Positions 18,016 to 27,791 of a stretch of DNA of 36,498 nt are shown here, piece after piece (the stretch's first letter is position 1; each line of letters begins with the position of its first letter). A program made the position numbers and the translations under genes. The DNA is from a virus (Duplodnaviria > Caudoviricetes): the IMG/VR virus record IMGVR_UViG_3300002092_000103, positions 1 through 36,498 of that record. The stretch is one strand, 5' to 3'. Below the pieces are notes generated by a model. The model made no database searches and was not told where the DNA came from. It saw nothing but the letters and a program-made list of their open reading frames with translations.

Positions 18016-20004
18016 TTATATTAAATCTGAATCTGGTCTAATAAGGTCTTCGTTAAGAAGTTGACTTGGTTCTTCATATAGATTCACTCTTTTTTTCTTA
18101 AAAGCCTCTAAAGCGCTTTTATTTTGCTGATATGCAGCTGTTGTTCTAGTGTAATCCTCTTTTAACATTGCTTTCTCATTAGTTTCTTTCAAAGCTAATG
18201 GACTTCCGCCGTGAAACTTATTTTTTAATGAGTTTCCAGCTTCACCTGTCTGTGGTTTAGACTTTAAATCATAAACTCCCATTCTATCTCTTCCTAAAGG
18301 ATCTTCTGCCGTGTTAACCAACGATACTTTTTCTTCTGGTCTACCTGGAAGTTTAGTAGGCTCTGAAGGATTTGTTTCATCATATCCTTGAGGTACGTTA
18401 TTTCCACTTAGAGCTGCACTGCCATATCCGCCATACATTGAAGCGATTTGATGAGGTGTACCGTAAGCTTGTCCTGATTCTGCTGGATCATTACCTTCTT
18501 CTTCAATTTGCTTCATTCTAAAGGTACGCTTCTTATCTTCAACAATTAAATCACGATATTCATCAAATTCTTCTTCAGAGAATTGGAATAATTTGTCGTA
18601 AATCCAGTCTGTAGGTAAGAAACTAGTCTCCATCATCTGTGCAGCTAAGTCCATTTTCTCTTTCATCAATGCAACTCTCTCTTGCTCGTAGATAATAGAC
18701 GGAGTAGTCAATGCTAATTCGAAATTAGTAAGAGATTCGTCGTCATATCCGTGTGCATATAGGTGAACTAATGCAATCTTAGTTAATTCGCTAACAACGA
18801 TACGTTGAATTCTTTCAATAGTACGTGCAAAGCGAATATCTTCTGCTGCAAGTGTTGCTTTACCTGTTAAATCCTTTTCATATCCTAAGAAAGCCTTAGG
18901 GACTTTCAATGCTGCGAATAGTTTGTTAAGAAGGTAGTTAATATCCTCAATCCCGTTATATTCCAAAGGCGGAGCATTGTCTATCCTTGTAGATTGGTCA
19001 TTACCACGAACAGGAATGAAGAAATCTTCAAGCATATTCTGAACGTTGTAATTTAAGTTGTATTGTCCTGTCTTAGCATCAATAAGAGGAGTTTTCTTCA
19101 TCTTAGAGATCATACGTTGCATGTAGTTCTCAACTTCTGCAGGAGGAATAGCACCAACGTTAACATAGAAGATTCTTCTTTGAGGTGCACGAGTTAATCT
19201 GTGTACCATCATCGCATCTTCCATTAAGACGTATTGCTTGTAAATTTTACGACCTGGTTCTAAGTAAGAACGTCCGTAAGGTAGGTAGTTAATATCTCCG
19301 ATTAGTCTTAAGTGAGCCATCTCGTAGTTATAAAACGTAATACCTAAGTCTGTATTTTGATAAGACGTAGAATAGCCTGCTGTTGCACCTAATGCTGCAG
19401 TAGGATCATACTTAAAGATAACTTCTGATGGATTCTTTGGATTGGTTCCTTCAAGTCTTACGATATTGTAAGCTGAAAATGGAATTACATTGTAAACTCC
19501 GTACTTCTCTGCTACCTCTAGCTTAAGGAAAAAATCGCCATACTTACACATATTTCTAATCCAGAACCAGAGGTTGAATTCAACGTTAAGTATGTCGTAG
19601 AAAAGGCTATAAAGTATCTTTTGAATGTTTTCGTCAGCTGATCTAATTTGTATGACATCTCCTTGGGTGTTTTTAAGTGTACATTCATCTGCAATAATAT
19701 CTAATGCTGAGGCAATAATTGGATCTGTGTCCATGGCTTCGTAATCGGCGTAAATCTGAACACGAGCTGATTGATAATTCTGTGCTAGGTTTAAATTAAC
19801 GCCATAAGATGTAGAAGTCGTATAAATACGATTAAAACGATCGACAAGTGCATTGGTTTGAAGTACACCGTCTACTTGAATATTGTCTACATCTACCGTT
19901 CTAAGCTCTCCACCGTCGTTTCTAATGATAACATCAGTAGAAAACAACCTTTTAAGGGTTGAAAAGAGGTTTCTCTGCGGTTGTTGTTTTTGTTCTTCTG
20001 CCAT
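18016..20004 (-). CDS. gp20: Portal protein (T4 gp20-like)
   Basis: EDAMMVHRLTRAPQRRIFYVNVG, MLEDFFIPVRG, LFAALKVP; TATTTAT at 20010-20016. Confidence 0.95.
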   Translation of the reverse strand: MAEEQKQQPQRNLFSTLKRLFSTDVIIRNDGGELRTVDVDNIQVDGVLQTNALVDRFNRIYTTSTSYGVNLNLAQNYQSARVQIYADYEAMDTDPIIASALDIIADECTLKNTQGDVIQIRSADENIQKILYSLFYDILNVEFNLWFWIRNMCKYGDFFLKLEVAEKYGVYNVIPFSAYNIVRLEGTNPKNPSEVIFKYDPTAALGATAGYSTSYQNTDLGITFYNYEMAHLRLIGDINYLPYGRSYLEPGRKIYKQYVLMEDAMMVHRLTRAPQRRIFYVNVGAIPPAEVENYMQRMISKMKKTPLIDAKTGQYNLNYNVQNMLEDFFIPVRGNDQSTRIDNAPPLEYNGIEDINYLLNKLFAALKVPKAFLGYEKDLTGKATLAAEDIRFARTIERIQRIVVSELTKIALVHLYAHGYDDESLTNFELALTTPSIIYEQERVALMKEKMDLAAQMMETSFLPTDWIYDKLFQFSEEEFDEYRDLIVEDKKRTFRMKQIEEEGNDPAESGQAYGTPHQIASMYGGYGSAALSGNNVPQGYDETNPSEPTKLPGRPEEKVSLVNTAEDPLGRDRMGVYDLKSKPQTGEAGNSLKNKFHGGSPLALKETNEKAMLKEDYTRTTAAYQQNKSALEAFKKKRVNLYEEPSQLLNEDLIRPDSDLI

Positions 20005-20022
20005 ATCTAATAAATATCTTCG

Positions 20023-21633
20023 TTATAGAAGCCACGTTATGTCATCGTGGCCATTTCCCGCTGGCATTTGCCATGGGTTTTGTTGATTACTGTAATTTCC
20101 TCCGTTATAAACTTCAAATCCTCCTCCGCTATCTCCTCCTGTTTTTGAATAATTATTTAAGCTAGCGTAAGTTAGGTCCATAGCCGTTTGTCTAAATCTA
20201 ATGGCTGTATCGCGTAAAAACAACCCAATAAAGAAAGACATTACTAAATCGTCGTTATATCCTTGTAATGCTTGTGCTTTTGCATCGCCATCTGCTCTTC
20301 CTTTCCATATAAACACTCTTAATTCGTCTAAAAGTCTCTGAGATCTAATCACTACAGTCTTTTCTTCGATGAAAGATCTAGCTTTGTTGATTAAAAGAGG
20401 TCTAGTTCTCGTATTCGTACCAAATCCAGGTACCATTCCATCACCTCTATCGTATTTTGCAACGTAAAGATCGATTTGAGTACCTACAAGTTCTGATTTA
20501 GGTGAATAATATAGGTTAGGGTATCCAATTTCCTGAATAGTAGTTACTACGTCCCATCCAATATTGGCATTCTCTACTGCAAGTAGAGCACTGTTCCATT
20601 TAATGCCTTCAGAGATTAATCTACGTGCAAATTCCTTGGTAGATAGTTGATCTTTAAACTCAGCAACCTGTATCATCGTTTCAACTTCTATAACATGGAA
20701 GGCTGAAAAGTCTTGTCCATCTCCTCTCGCTACGTCCGCCATAATTAAATAAGTCTTCATAGGGTCTGGGTAATCCCAAATCCAATAAGCCTGATTCATT
20801 TCTGATCTCTCTTTTGGTTCTCTTACTGTGTTAAGTTGGTACCAATTTAAAGTATCTGGTTCAATAACTGTATTACCTGAAGTGCTAAAATCGCAATCAC
20901 ACTCTTGTGCAGCTGCTCTTAATCCTAGGTCTTTGGTTTGTTGCTCTCGCCAATCTTGAGTACGTTCAGGGTGTACTGTCCACGGTAAGCTAATTGGTAA
21001 GAAATTATTTTCGCTATTTTGGGCTCTAACAAATTCTCTATGAAACCAATTACCGACACCATTAGGTGTAGAGAGGGCAATACAGCCTCCTCCAGTTGCT
21101 AAAGTTTGTTGTGCAGCAGTAAAGATGTCTTCAATCCTGTCAATGAACGCTGCCTCATCTATTACAAGTAGTGATACCGCCTCTGAACGTGCAGAATCTG
21201 TAGCTGCTGATACGGCTTTAATTTGAGAACCGTTTTTAAGTCTTAGAGAAAGTCTATTGTGCTCTAATACTGGTAGCTGCATCCAAGAAGGTAAGTTATC
21301 GTAAGCAAATCTCACTTTAGTAACCATATTCTTAGCAGTAGCTTGCGTAGTTGCAAGTACGAGAATATTTTTATCTTGCTCAAATAGCATCATCCATAAA
21401 GCAAAAGCAGAAGTCAAGGTAGAAATACCTAACTGTCTGGATTTGTTAATGATTGTAAAATCATATCTTTGAAATAAGCGCAAGACCTTTTCCTGAAACG
21501 GATATAAATTGAAGGTCATTCTACCCCTGGTGGGATGTTGAATGGTGTAGTACTTCTTCATGAAGTATACAGGGTCTTGCTTACACTTTATAAGCTCCTG
21601 CTTAATAGCATCACTTATATTTGGTCTAGCCAT
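20023..21633 (-). CDS. terL: Terminase large subunit (T4 gp17-like)
   Basis: KSRQLGIST Walker A, LLVIDEAAF Walker B, STPNG motif, RNase H-like ADVARGDGQDFS and NDDLVMS. Confidence 0.96.
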   Translation of the reverse strand: MARPNISDAIKQELIKCKQDPVYFMKKYYTIQHPTRGRMTFNLYPFQEKVLRLFQRYDFTIINKSRQLGISTLTSAFALWMMLFEQDKNILVLATTQATAKNMVTKVRFAYDNLPSWMQLPVLEHNRLSLRLKNGSQIKAVSAATDSARSEAVSLLVIDEAAFIDRIEDIFTAAQQTLATGGGCIALSTPNGVGNWFHREFVRAQNSENNFLPISLPWTVHPERTQDWREQQTKDLGLRAAAQECDCDFSTSGNTVIEPDTLNWYQLNTVREPKERSEMNQAYWIWDYPDPMKTYLIMADVARGDGQDFSAFHVIEVETMIQVAEFKDQLSTKEFARRLISEGIKWNSALLAVENANIGWDVVTTIQEIGYPNLYYSPKSELVGTQIDLYVAKYDRGDGMVPGFGTNTRTRPLLINKARSFIEEKTVVIRSQRLLDELRVFIWKGRADGDAKAQALQGYNDDLVMSFFIGLFLRDTAIRFRQTAMDLTYASLNNYSKTGGDSGGGFEVYNGGNYSNQQNPWQMPAGNGHDDITWLL

Positions 21634-21653
21634 TGTTTATTATTTATAACCAA

Positions 21654-22094
21654 CTAGATTGCTTCGTCTTCGCTACCGTCATCCACTGTGATGTTCATAG
21701 CTTGATCTATGTCAGCTCTTAGTTTTTTGATTTGCATTGGTATGTTACCAATTGCTTGCTTATATTGATCTAGTCCAATTATATTACTTTTTAACTGCAT
21801 AAGTAATTTATCCTTTTGCATTTCTAAGTCTTGTAATTGAGCTTGTTTTTTATGAATACCTGTTAAAGATGCATCATTCTGCTTAACGTCTCTTGCAGTT
21901 GGTTCTGCTTCGAAATCTCCATTATCTGTACTTGCAGTAGACCAATCATCTTGATCTTCTTCCTCACTTCCATCGTCAAACATCTCTTCATCATTACCAA
22001 CCGGCATAGTTAAGCCAGTATTGTCATCTTCTCTCATTTGAGATTGGCCTGTTAATCTGTTCTCACTTAAGAACTTTTGAATATTAAATACCAT
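21654..22094 (-). CDS. Acidic hypothetical protein with C-terminal coiled coil
   Basis: 146 aa; TATTTAT at 22110-22116. Confidence 0.65.
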   Translation of the reverse strand: MVFNIQKFLSENRLTGQSQMREDDNTGLTMPVGNDEEMFDDGSEEEDQDDWSTASTDNGDFEAEPTARDVKQNDASLTGIHKKQAQLQDLEMQKDKLLMQLKSNIIGLDQYKQAIGNIPMQIKKLRADIDQAMNITVDDGSEDEAI

Positions 22095-22118
22095 ATTACT
22101 ATTTTGTTAATAAATAGT

Positions 22119-22373
22119 TTAATATACGGAATCAAAGCCCATTGCATTGTCTATAGGCATTGGCTTATTTTGAGATAGTAAGCTCTTCCACTCTTGTTTT
22201 GAGTACTTAATTCCAAATAAGTAGTATTCGGGAATTTTTTTCTCTTCTTCGGCATAAACGATAGCAGGACCTTCCGTGCTATGCATCTTGTTAGGTTCCC
22301 CTGTAGTTTCTAAGTAGGATAATTCCTTACCGCATACAGTTTTCATTTTTCTTATAATACTTTTTGTTCTCAT
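22119..22373 (-). CDS. Small hypothetical protein with one 'HxxxGPA...YYLFG' unit
   Basis: 84 aa; MHSTEGPAIVY...EYYLFG resembles the HREDGPA-type repeat unit; has its own promoter. Confidence 0.65.
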   Translation of the reverse strand: MRTKSIIRKMKTVCGKELSYLETTGEPNKMHSTEGPAIVYAEEEKKIPEYYLFGIKYSKQEWKSLLSQNKPMPIDNAMGFDSVY

Positions 22374-22390
22374 ATTGTTTATTTATGTAA

Positions 22391-22419
22391 AATATAATGA
22401 AAATATTTCGTATTTCCAA
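22391..22419 (-). promoter_or_regulatory. Putative host-RNAP (early/middle) promoter TTGGAA-N17-TATATT
   Basis: Same architecture at 29373-29401 and 34773-34801. Confidence 0.65.
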
Positions 22420-22420
22420 C

Positions 22421-22445
22421 AAAAAACCCGGCTTTGATGCCGGGT
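22421..22445 (-). terminator. Intrinsic terminator ending the late small-gene operon
   Basis: ACCCGGC-AUCAAA-GCCGGGU followed by U tract. Confidence 0.85.
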
Positions 22446-22466
22446 CTTATAGTATTTCTGTAAGTT

Positions 22467-22949
22467 TTAAGATTCTGTCTCTTCTGCTTCTTCTTCTGCT
22501 GGAGCCGATTCGTCAGCGGCTTCTTCTGGTTCTTCGCCTTCACTAGCTGTTTGTTCTTCTCCGTCTGCTCCTTTGGTTTTAATTGGATTTCCCATAGAAA
22601 GTAATCTTGCTATAGCATTCACTGCTCTTTCTCTTTCCCCTACTGTCTGTAAGTAGAATTTTTTTCCTGCTATAGTTGCTTCATACACTTTACCTAAGAA
22701 GGTTAGAGTAAAAAACTGACCATTATGCAATACAATCTTAAACGTAGTTGGTTTAGGAGCTAAAATATAGATTCCTGTAATGTAATCTTTGTAAGCCGGA
22801 GTCATTAACATCTCTAAAGTTGCCTTTAAAGTAGGATATTTCATTAATAGGAAGTTAATTGGATCATCCTCAAACGATTGTACGCTTGGTTCCATTCTCT
22901 CTACTTCCTTTAAAATAAGTCTCCTTATTATTTCTTTACTTGTTGCCAT
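22467..22949 (-). CDS. Hypothetical protein with acidic tail
   Basis: 160 aa ORF, tightly packed in operon. Confidence 0.7.
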   Translation of the reverse strand: MATSKEIIRRLILKEVERMEPSVQSFEDDPINFLLMKYPTLKATLEMLMTPAYKDYITGIYILAPKPTTFKIVLHNGQFFTLTFLGKVYEATIAGKKFYLQTVGERERAVNAIARLLSMGNPIKTKGADGEEQTASEGEEPEEAADESAPAEEEAEETES

Positions 22950-22950
22950 A

Positions 22951-23547
22951 TTATGCTAATAATGTATAAAATTCTTTGAAATGCTTGATACGATCATCTA
23001 ATCCAATTGTACCACCGTTAACTCTTTTAGTTACTTTAGTTACAACTGCATCAGTAGCTCCTTCATCAGCAATTTTATGTAAGCCATTCTTATGAAAAAA
23101 CCATGCAGCAGATGCTAAAGGGTACTTTGTAGCAACCAAGTCTGGATTAGCTACGCAATCTTCGTTGATAGCGGTACTGAAAGCCTTATAGTTATCGTGC
23201 CCTGTTAATTGAATAAACCCTCTTCCGTGAAACTTCCAACCATCCCCTGTTGCTTTATCACCATTTCCCATTCTACTTGCATAAACTATGTTAGCAATCT
23301 TTTCAGGTTTGCGTTCGTATAATGCAGCTGTTTCAGCGTTGAAGTATTTAGGAAATATACCTAATAGTCCTTTCGCTCCATAGTTTAAATTCTCTTGAAC
23401 TAGCTTAAAACCGCCTGATTCATGTCCGCATTGTGCAAGAAAATGAGCCAAGCGAATTGGTGTATTGATTTCAAATTTATCTTGAATGCCAGGAATTTGT
23501 GCAATTACTGTGTCAGGTATGTGTCCTTTTAATTTGTCTAAGTTCAT
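22951..23547 (-). CDS. Glycoside hydrolase family 19 endolysin
   Basis: AHFLAQCGHESGGF, GRGFIQLTGHDNY, SAAWFF, VNGGTIGLDDR. Confidence 0.92.
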   Translation of the reverse strand: MNLDKLKGHIPDTVIAQIPGIQDKFEINTPIRLAHFLAQCGHESGGFKLVQENLNYGAKGLLGIFPKYFNAETAALYERKPEKIANIVYASRMGNGDKATGDGWKFHGRGFIQLTGHDNYKAFSTAINEDCVANPDLVATKYPLASAAWFFHKNGLHKIADEGATDAVVTKVTKRVNGGTIGLDDRIKHFKEFYTLLA

Positions 23548-23550
23548 AAT

Positions 23551-24012
23551 TTATCTTTTAACGTTTTTCCACATTGCAGCTGCTGCAATTTTCTGCCCCT
23601 TCTCACCACCGCCTGCTGCTTGAGCTATTTTCTCAAAACCTTTTCCTTTTTTACCAATATCTTTCCCTGCTTTAGCTTTTTTAGCTATGTCTGATTTTTT
23701 TTCTTTACTTAAGCCAGCGGAAGGTTTCTTAACTTCATTCATGTTAAAACCAGGACCTGGTTCTTGCATTTCTGATGATTGTCCTGCCATATACTCAGCT
23801 ACTGAGTGTAAATAATCAGAAGCAAGCGTAATATAAGAAGAAACCCATCCTGGTAGGTTATCATTGTCGCCAATCATGTTTTGAATCTTAGATGCATTTG
23901 AGATAGCATCTTTTAATTCGCCGTGAGCCATTGAACCTTCATGATCTTGACCATGATTCCAATCACGTCCGCAGTTTTCACATTCTGGTAATAAGTCTTT
24001 TAATTTAATCAT
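23551..24012 (-). CDS. Hypothetical protein, MIKLKDLLxE leader and basic C-terminus
   Basis: 153 aa; possible internal head protein. Confidence 0.65.
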   Translation of the reverse strand: MIKLKDLLPECENCGRDWNHGQDHEGSMAHGELKDAISNASKIQNMIGDNDNLPGWVSSYITLASDYLHSVAEYMAGQSSEMQEPGPGFNMNEVKKPSAGLSKEKKSDIAKKAKAGKDIGKKGKGFEKIAQAAGGGEKGQKIAAAAMWKNVKR

Positions 24013-24013
24013 T

Positions 24014-24202
24014 TTAACAGTGGTAATTTAAATATCTTTGTAATGCTTTTGCATAATGCGTACCTTTATTTTTTAGCTTACTCTTTGCAGATCTTACTCG
24101 ACTACATGAAAGTTTACCTAATCTATTTTTTAAGATGCCAGGTTTAACTGGATCGTCAATTCCTTCTTTGATCTCTGTTACTATGTCGCTTAGTCTTACC
24201 AC
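24014..24202 (-). CDS. Small basic hypothetical protein
   Basis: 62 aa; MVRLSDIVTEIKE leader similar to the neighbouring gene. Confidence 0.65.
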   Translation of the reverse strand: MVRLSDIVTEIKEGIDDPVKPGILKNRLGKLSCSRVRSAKSKLKNKGTHYAKALQRYLNYHC

Positions 24203-24822
24203 GCTCTACATGACCAATAATTAGCTTTTGTCCTTGGTCCTGGGTTTTCACAGTGATGTCTTGCTCTATAACTCTTCCTGCGTGCAGGAATTGATTTTTT
24301 TATTCTCATATTAGGATCACCAAAGTTAACTTTTATTACGTTTCCTTTAGCATTCTTAACATATACTGATCTCTTTTTTGGTCCGCCTGGAGTTAGGAAA
24401 GGCTTACCTAAACTAACTTTTCTACCTCTATATTCTGCTTCGTTTAGCTTATTGTAATTTTCCATTATATACTCCGCTAAACACTGAGGACAATATTCAT
24501 TTACTTCATCTACTTCATTTAGCTTGTTTCCTGCAGCGACAGCTTTCTTATAAGCTTCTGATCCTTTGCGTGCTGGAGCTTCACCGCGAGCTCTTTTAGC
24601 ATTAATATTTGCCCAAAGTCCTTTACTCTTCTCTTCTAAACTCTCTTCTATATCAGCGTGCACTTGATGAAACTCATCTGCACCGTCGTGATCTATAGTA
24701 TGCATTTCATTAGTACGTCTACTACAATGGTTTTTACCTGTTGAAAAAGGTTTAGGGCATGATGTTCCTTTTACGTGAATATGTCCACATTTACCGCAGC
24801 ATGTACCTTTACTTTCAGTCAT
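24196..24822 (-). CDS. Modular hypothetical protein (Cys/His N-terminus, basic C-terminal domain ending YWSCRAW)
   Basis: 208 aa; modules separated by acidic x-x-E linkers. Confidence 0.7.
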   Translation of the reverse strand: MTESKGTCCGKCGHIHVKGTSCPKPFSTGKNHCSRRTNEMHTIDHDGADEFHQVHADIEESLEEKSKGLWANINAKRARGEAPARKGSEAYKKAVAAGNKLNEVDEVNEYCPQCLAEYIMENYNKLNEAEYRGRKVSLGKPFLTPGGPKKRSVYVKNAKGNVIKVNFGDPNMRIKKSIPARRKSYRARHHCENPGPRTKANYWSCRAW

Positions 24823-25184
24823 TAGTGTAAAAATTTAAGTTTATACTTAGTGTCTTCAATTAATTTAACAACTGTGTCGACTTCATTTTGAATATAAGAA
24901 TCTTGCGGAATCTTAGTTCTAATAGTTTCTACATATTTTGATAAGGCTTCAAAGTAATTTACTGCTTGATCATCTTCTTTGAAAGATGCAGGAGAGGTAT
25001 ACCCTCTTACGATTCCATATCTACCTTGAAAGCTTTCAACTAGTCCGTCAAATAAATCTACAATCTTGTCGTAGTATTTATTTAATGCTTTGTGAGCTGA
25101 GTAAGAGCTTGTTTGCCAATGAAAGATATGGGCTTGTTGTCTTGAAGCCATCAAGGTCGATATAAACTGTACAAATTCGTTCAT
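24822..25184 (-). CDS. Ferritin/Dps-like four-helix protein
   Basis: HIFHWQT...HKALNKYYD...D.LVE pattern like Dps ferroxidase ligands. Confidence 0.7.
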   Translation of the reverse strand: MNEFVQFISTLMASRQQAHIFHWQTSSYSAHKALNKYYDKIVDLFDGLVESFQGRYGIVRGYTSPASFKEDDQAVNYFEALSKYVETIRTKIPQDSYIQNEVDTVVKLIEDTKYKLKFLH

Positions 25185-25795
25185 TATTTATCTTTTGGTT
25201 CTGGTAATTCTTTCTTTGAAGCTTTTACAGCTTTATGTTTATCGCGTAATCCTTTAATAATATTCATTTTTCTTTGAGCTAAATCGTGATGCATATCTGC
25301 TTCTTCTGGTTTCTCAGAAGCTTCAGTCATATGACCATTTACTGCTTTTTGAAGTTTATTAATATTCTTAGTGATTTCGTCTAATACTTGATCTTTTTTC
25401 TTCTCTACCTTACGTAAATGCGTATGAAGATCGGCTTGAGCAGCTTCTGCTACTAAATTAGCTTCGTTTTTATCTGCATATAGACCATGTACACTGCTAG
25501 GTTCAAATTGACCACACCCAAAGCAATGTGTTTCATGTACTAAATCCTCAGGAGAAGACTCAGGGGATGGCTTTAATACTACGAATACTTTACCTATTTT
25601 ATCTTCACATCCTGGATGATCCCAAGACTGCATTTGAGGTTCTTGCCCCATTTCCATACCTTCTTCTCTTACGTGTTGAGGTAGTTTACTAATATTAGGA
25701 GTTGCGTGTGCAAATTCTGGCGCTTTTTTCTTCATTTCAGGACCTAAATGGCCTCCGAACGCTGCTCTCTGTTGTGCTTGTGATTTAAACGGCAT
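25184..25795 (-). CDS. Hypothetical protein (MPFKSQAQ leader)
   Basis: 203 aa; TATTTATA at 25817-25824. Confidence 0.65.
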   Translation of the reverse strand: MPFKSQAQQRAAFGGHLGPEMKKKAPEFAHATPNISKLPQHVREEGMEMGQEPQMQSWDHPGCEDKIGKVFVVLKPSPESSPEDLVHETHCFGCGQFEPSSVHGLYADKNEANLVAEAAQADLHTHLRKVEKKKDQVLDEITKNINKLQKAVNGHMTEASEKPEEADMHHDLAQRKMNIIKGLRDKHKAVKASKKELPEPKDK

Positions 25796-25799
25796 TGTT

Positions 25800-26384
25800 T
25801 TATGTATTTTCTCCTTTATAAATATCGCGTTTCTTTAGTTCAGCAATCTCCTCTTTCACCTGTTTATAGATGTCTGTTTTATCGCCTCCGCCCCATTTTT
25901 CTACCTCGCCTGCCTCTGAAACAAAGCTATCTTTTTCTGTAACCCATTGCTCTAGAGCTTGTTCTAAATCATCGAGTTCTGCATTTTTATTAAGATTCAT
26001 AATGTTTGCACAATATTCATCCCACTTTCCTTCACGCTTTATCTCTGATTCCATCTTAATAACACAGTCAAAACACTTCTGATGAATAGCCCACATTTTC
26101 TTATTGTATTCGTTTACTTTCATCATCTTACCGCAATTCGGACATGATATCGGTAAAACTACTAATTTCTTAATTTCGTCGAGTTTGGTTATAGATTGCT
26201 TAATACCCTTCTTAATGGTCCATTTCTTACCGTTTTCTTCCCAAACATCTCCTTCCTTATGTACTTCTTGATTTCTTTCCCAACCTGTTTGAATTTGAGT
26301 TCTATCACCAGTTTGACCTGTAATAATATTTCTCATCCTCTGAACGTCTCGAGGATTAAATTCTTTTTTTAAATGATCACTCAT
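25800..26384 (-). CDS. Hypothetical protein with CxxC...CxxC zinc finger
   Basis: CPNC and CFDC motifs. Confidence 0.7.
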   Translation of the reverse strand: MSDHLKKEFNPRDVQRMRNIITGQTGDRTQIQTGWERNQEVHKEGDVWEENGKKWTIKKGIKQSITKLDEIKKLVVLPISCPNCGKMMKVNEYNKKMWAIHQKCFDCVIKMESEIKREGKWDEYCANIMNLNKNAELDDLEQALEQWVTEKDSFVSEAGEVEKWGGGDKTDIYKQVKEEIAELKKRDIYKGENT

Positions 26385-26392
26385 AACAATTT

Positions 26393-27196
26393 TTATTTTT
26401 TTACTATCCTATATGTTTCGCCGAAGTCTATTAGTTTATATTCTGAAGGTAAGTTTTTTCTTATGTAAGCACCGTAGAGTTTATAGCGTCTCATGTCGTC
26501 TTGCTTATCTACTTCTTTAGTCTTAATCGGTCTAAAGATAACAGTATCGGGATTTGTTTTTTGAATAAAGTCTCTAGCAATATCTACAACGGTAGATAAA
26601 ACTCTTAAAGGAACTCCCTCGTTAGTGTCTAAACTAACATCAGGGTCACCATCTGGTGAGGTTGTATTAAATGACAAGTCATACATTCCGTCTTCTAAAT
26701 TAGCAATACCTACGGTGTAAGTACTCTTTTCTGTATCGAAAGAATAAAAGTAATTGCCATCAGCATCTTCATCGTCAAATCTCCAAGCGTAAGTTTTAGT
26801 ACCTTCTCCAATTTCATTTAAAGAACTATCTGTATTCAATTCATAAACGTCTACATTTCTTTTACCGAAGTCTCTCATAAGGATACCCGCCATAGCGTTA
26901 GCATCATTCTCAATATCAGTTCCTGTATCGCCTGATTCGTTATAAATCATACCTAACTCATTCTGTCTATGATGACACAATTCATGTGCAAGACTTCTAC
27001 AAATGTCTGCAAGGTTTCTATTTAATGCTACTACCTTAATGGTAGTAGTTTCGGGATTATACTCACCAAAAGATCTATTCTGCTCGACAAAAGACTTATC
27101 GTTAAGCAAAGAGATTTTAGGTAAAGTCTGAATATTTAATTCTGCTTTACAAAATCCTATAAAATTTTTTAGTACATTAAGCCTGTTCTGGTTCAT
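26393..27196 (-). CDS. Two-domain protein with N-terminal HExxH zincin-like domain
   Basis: SLAHELCHHRQ ... ENDANAMAG; LNE linker before an unknown second domain. Confidence 0.65.
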   Translation of the reverse strand: MNQNRLNVLKNFIGFCKAELNIQTLPKISLLNDKSFVEQNRSFGEYNPETTTIKVVALNRNLADICRSLAHELCHHRQNELGMIYNESGDTGTDIENDANAMAGILMRDFGKRNVDVYELNTDSSLNEIGEGTKTYAWRFDDEDADGNYFYSFDTEKSTYTVGIANLEDGMYDLSFNTTSPDGDPDVSLDTNEGVPLRVLSTVVDIARDFIQKTNPDTVIFRPIKTKEVDKQDDMRRYKLYGAYIRKNLPSEYKLIDFGETYRIVKK

Positions 27197-27776
27197 TTCC
27201 TTTTACTTTTGTTCCGAGCATTTTAAATATTTTTGGAGCAAATCCTTTGTTATAAGCAGCTTCGGGAACGGCTTCTGCAAATTCTTCAAAGTCACCTGAT
27301 GCTAAAACGTTTCTAACGTGAGGTGCTGAAATCTCGCCTGCTTTCTCATGTACAGGGATTACTTTTACTCTATCACCAAACGATTGCTGTAAGGAATTAC
27401 CGTAAGCTTCGTCATCTACTTCGTCATCTCCTACTGCTACATACACTGTACTAACAGTTGGATTGTTCTTTAAGTACTTTATAATTGTCTGGATTGGAGA
27501 TTCATCTGTTGAGATCTTAACTGTAATCTTTGGATTAGGCTCGGCCTTTAGATACATATGCCAAATCATAAGCGAATCTTCAGGTGTAATACCGTCAATA
27601 GTCTTTCTGCTTATAATAATATTAACTTGTTTTATATAGTCTCTCTGAGCAAGTTCAGTAGCAGCTGCATAATGTCCTTTATGTGGTGGTTTAAATTTGC
27701 CTGGGTAGAAACAAGGACCTGCTTCATTAGCAATAGCTTCGGCAATTCTCTGTCCTATTTTTTTAGCATCTATCAT
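27177..27776 (-). CDS. Cytidylyltransferase-like (HxGH) nucleotidyltransferase
   Basis: PGKFKPPHKGH; ISAPHVR resembles the ISxT..R motif; TATTTAT at 27784-27790. Confidence 0.75.
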   Translation of the reverse strand: MIDAKKIGQRIAEAIANEAGPCFYPGKFKPPHKGHYAAATELAQRDYIKQVNIIISRKTIDGITPEDSLMIWHMYLKAEPNPKITVKISTDESPIQTIIKYLKNNPTVSTVYVAVGDDEVDDEAYGNSLQQSFGDRVKVIPVHEKAGEISAPHVRNVLASGDFEEFAEAVPEAAYNKGFAPKIFKMLGTKVKGNEPEQA

Positions 27777-27791
27777 AGTACTAATAAATAT

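Noticed and set aside
21641-21648. Canonical T4 late promoter TATAAATA on the coding strand before terL
   Set aside because: Only copy noticed in this orientation upstream of a gene; plausible by chance in AT-rich DNA
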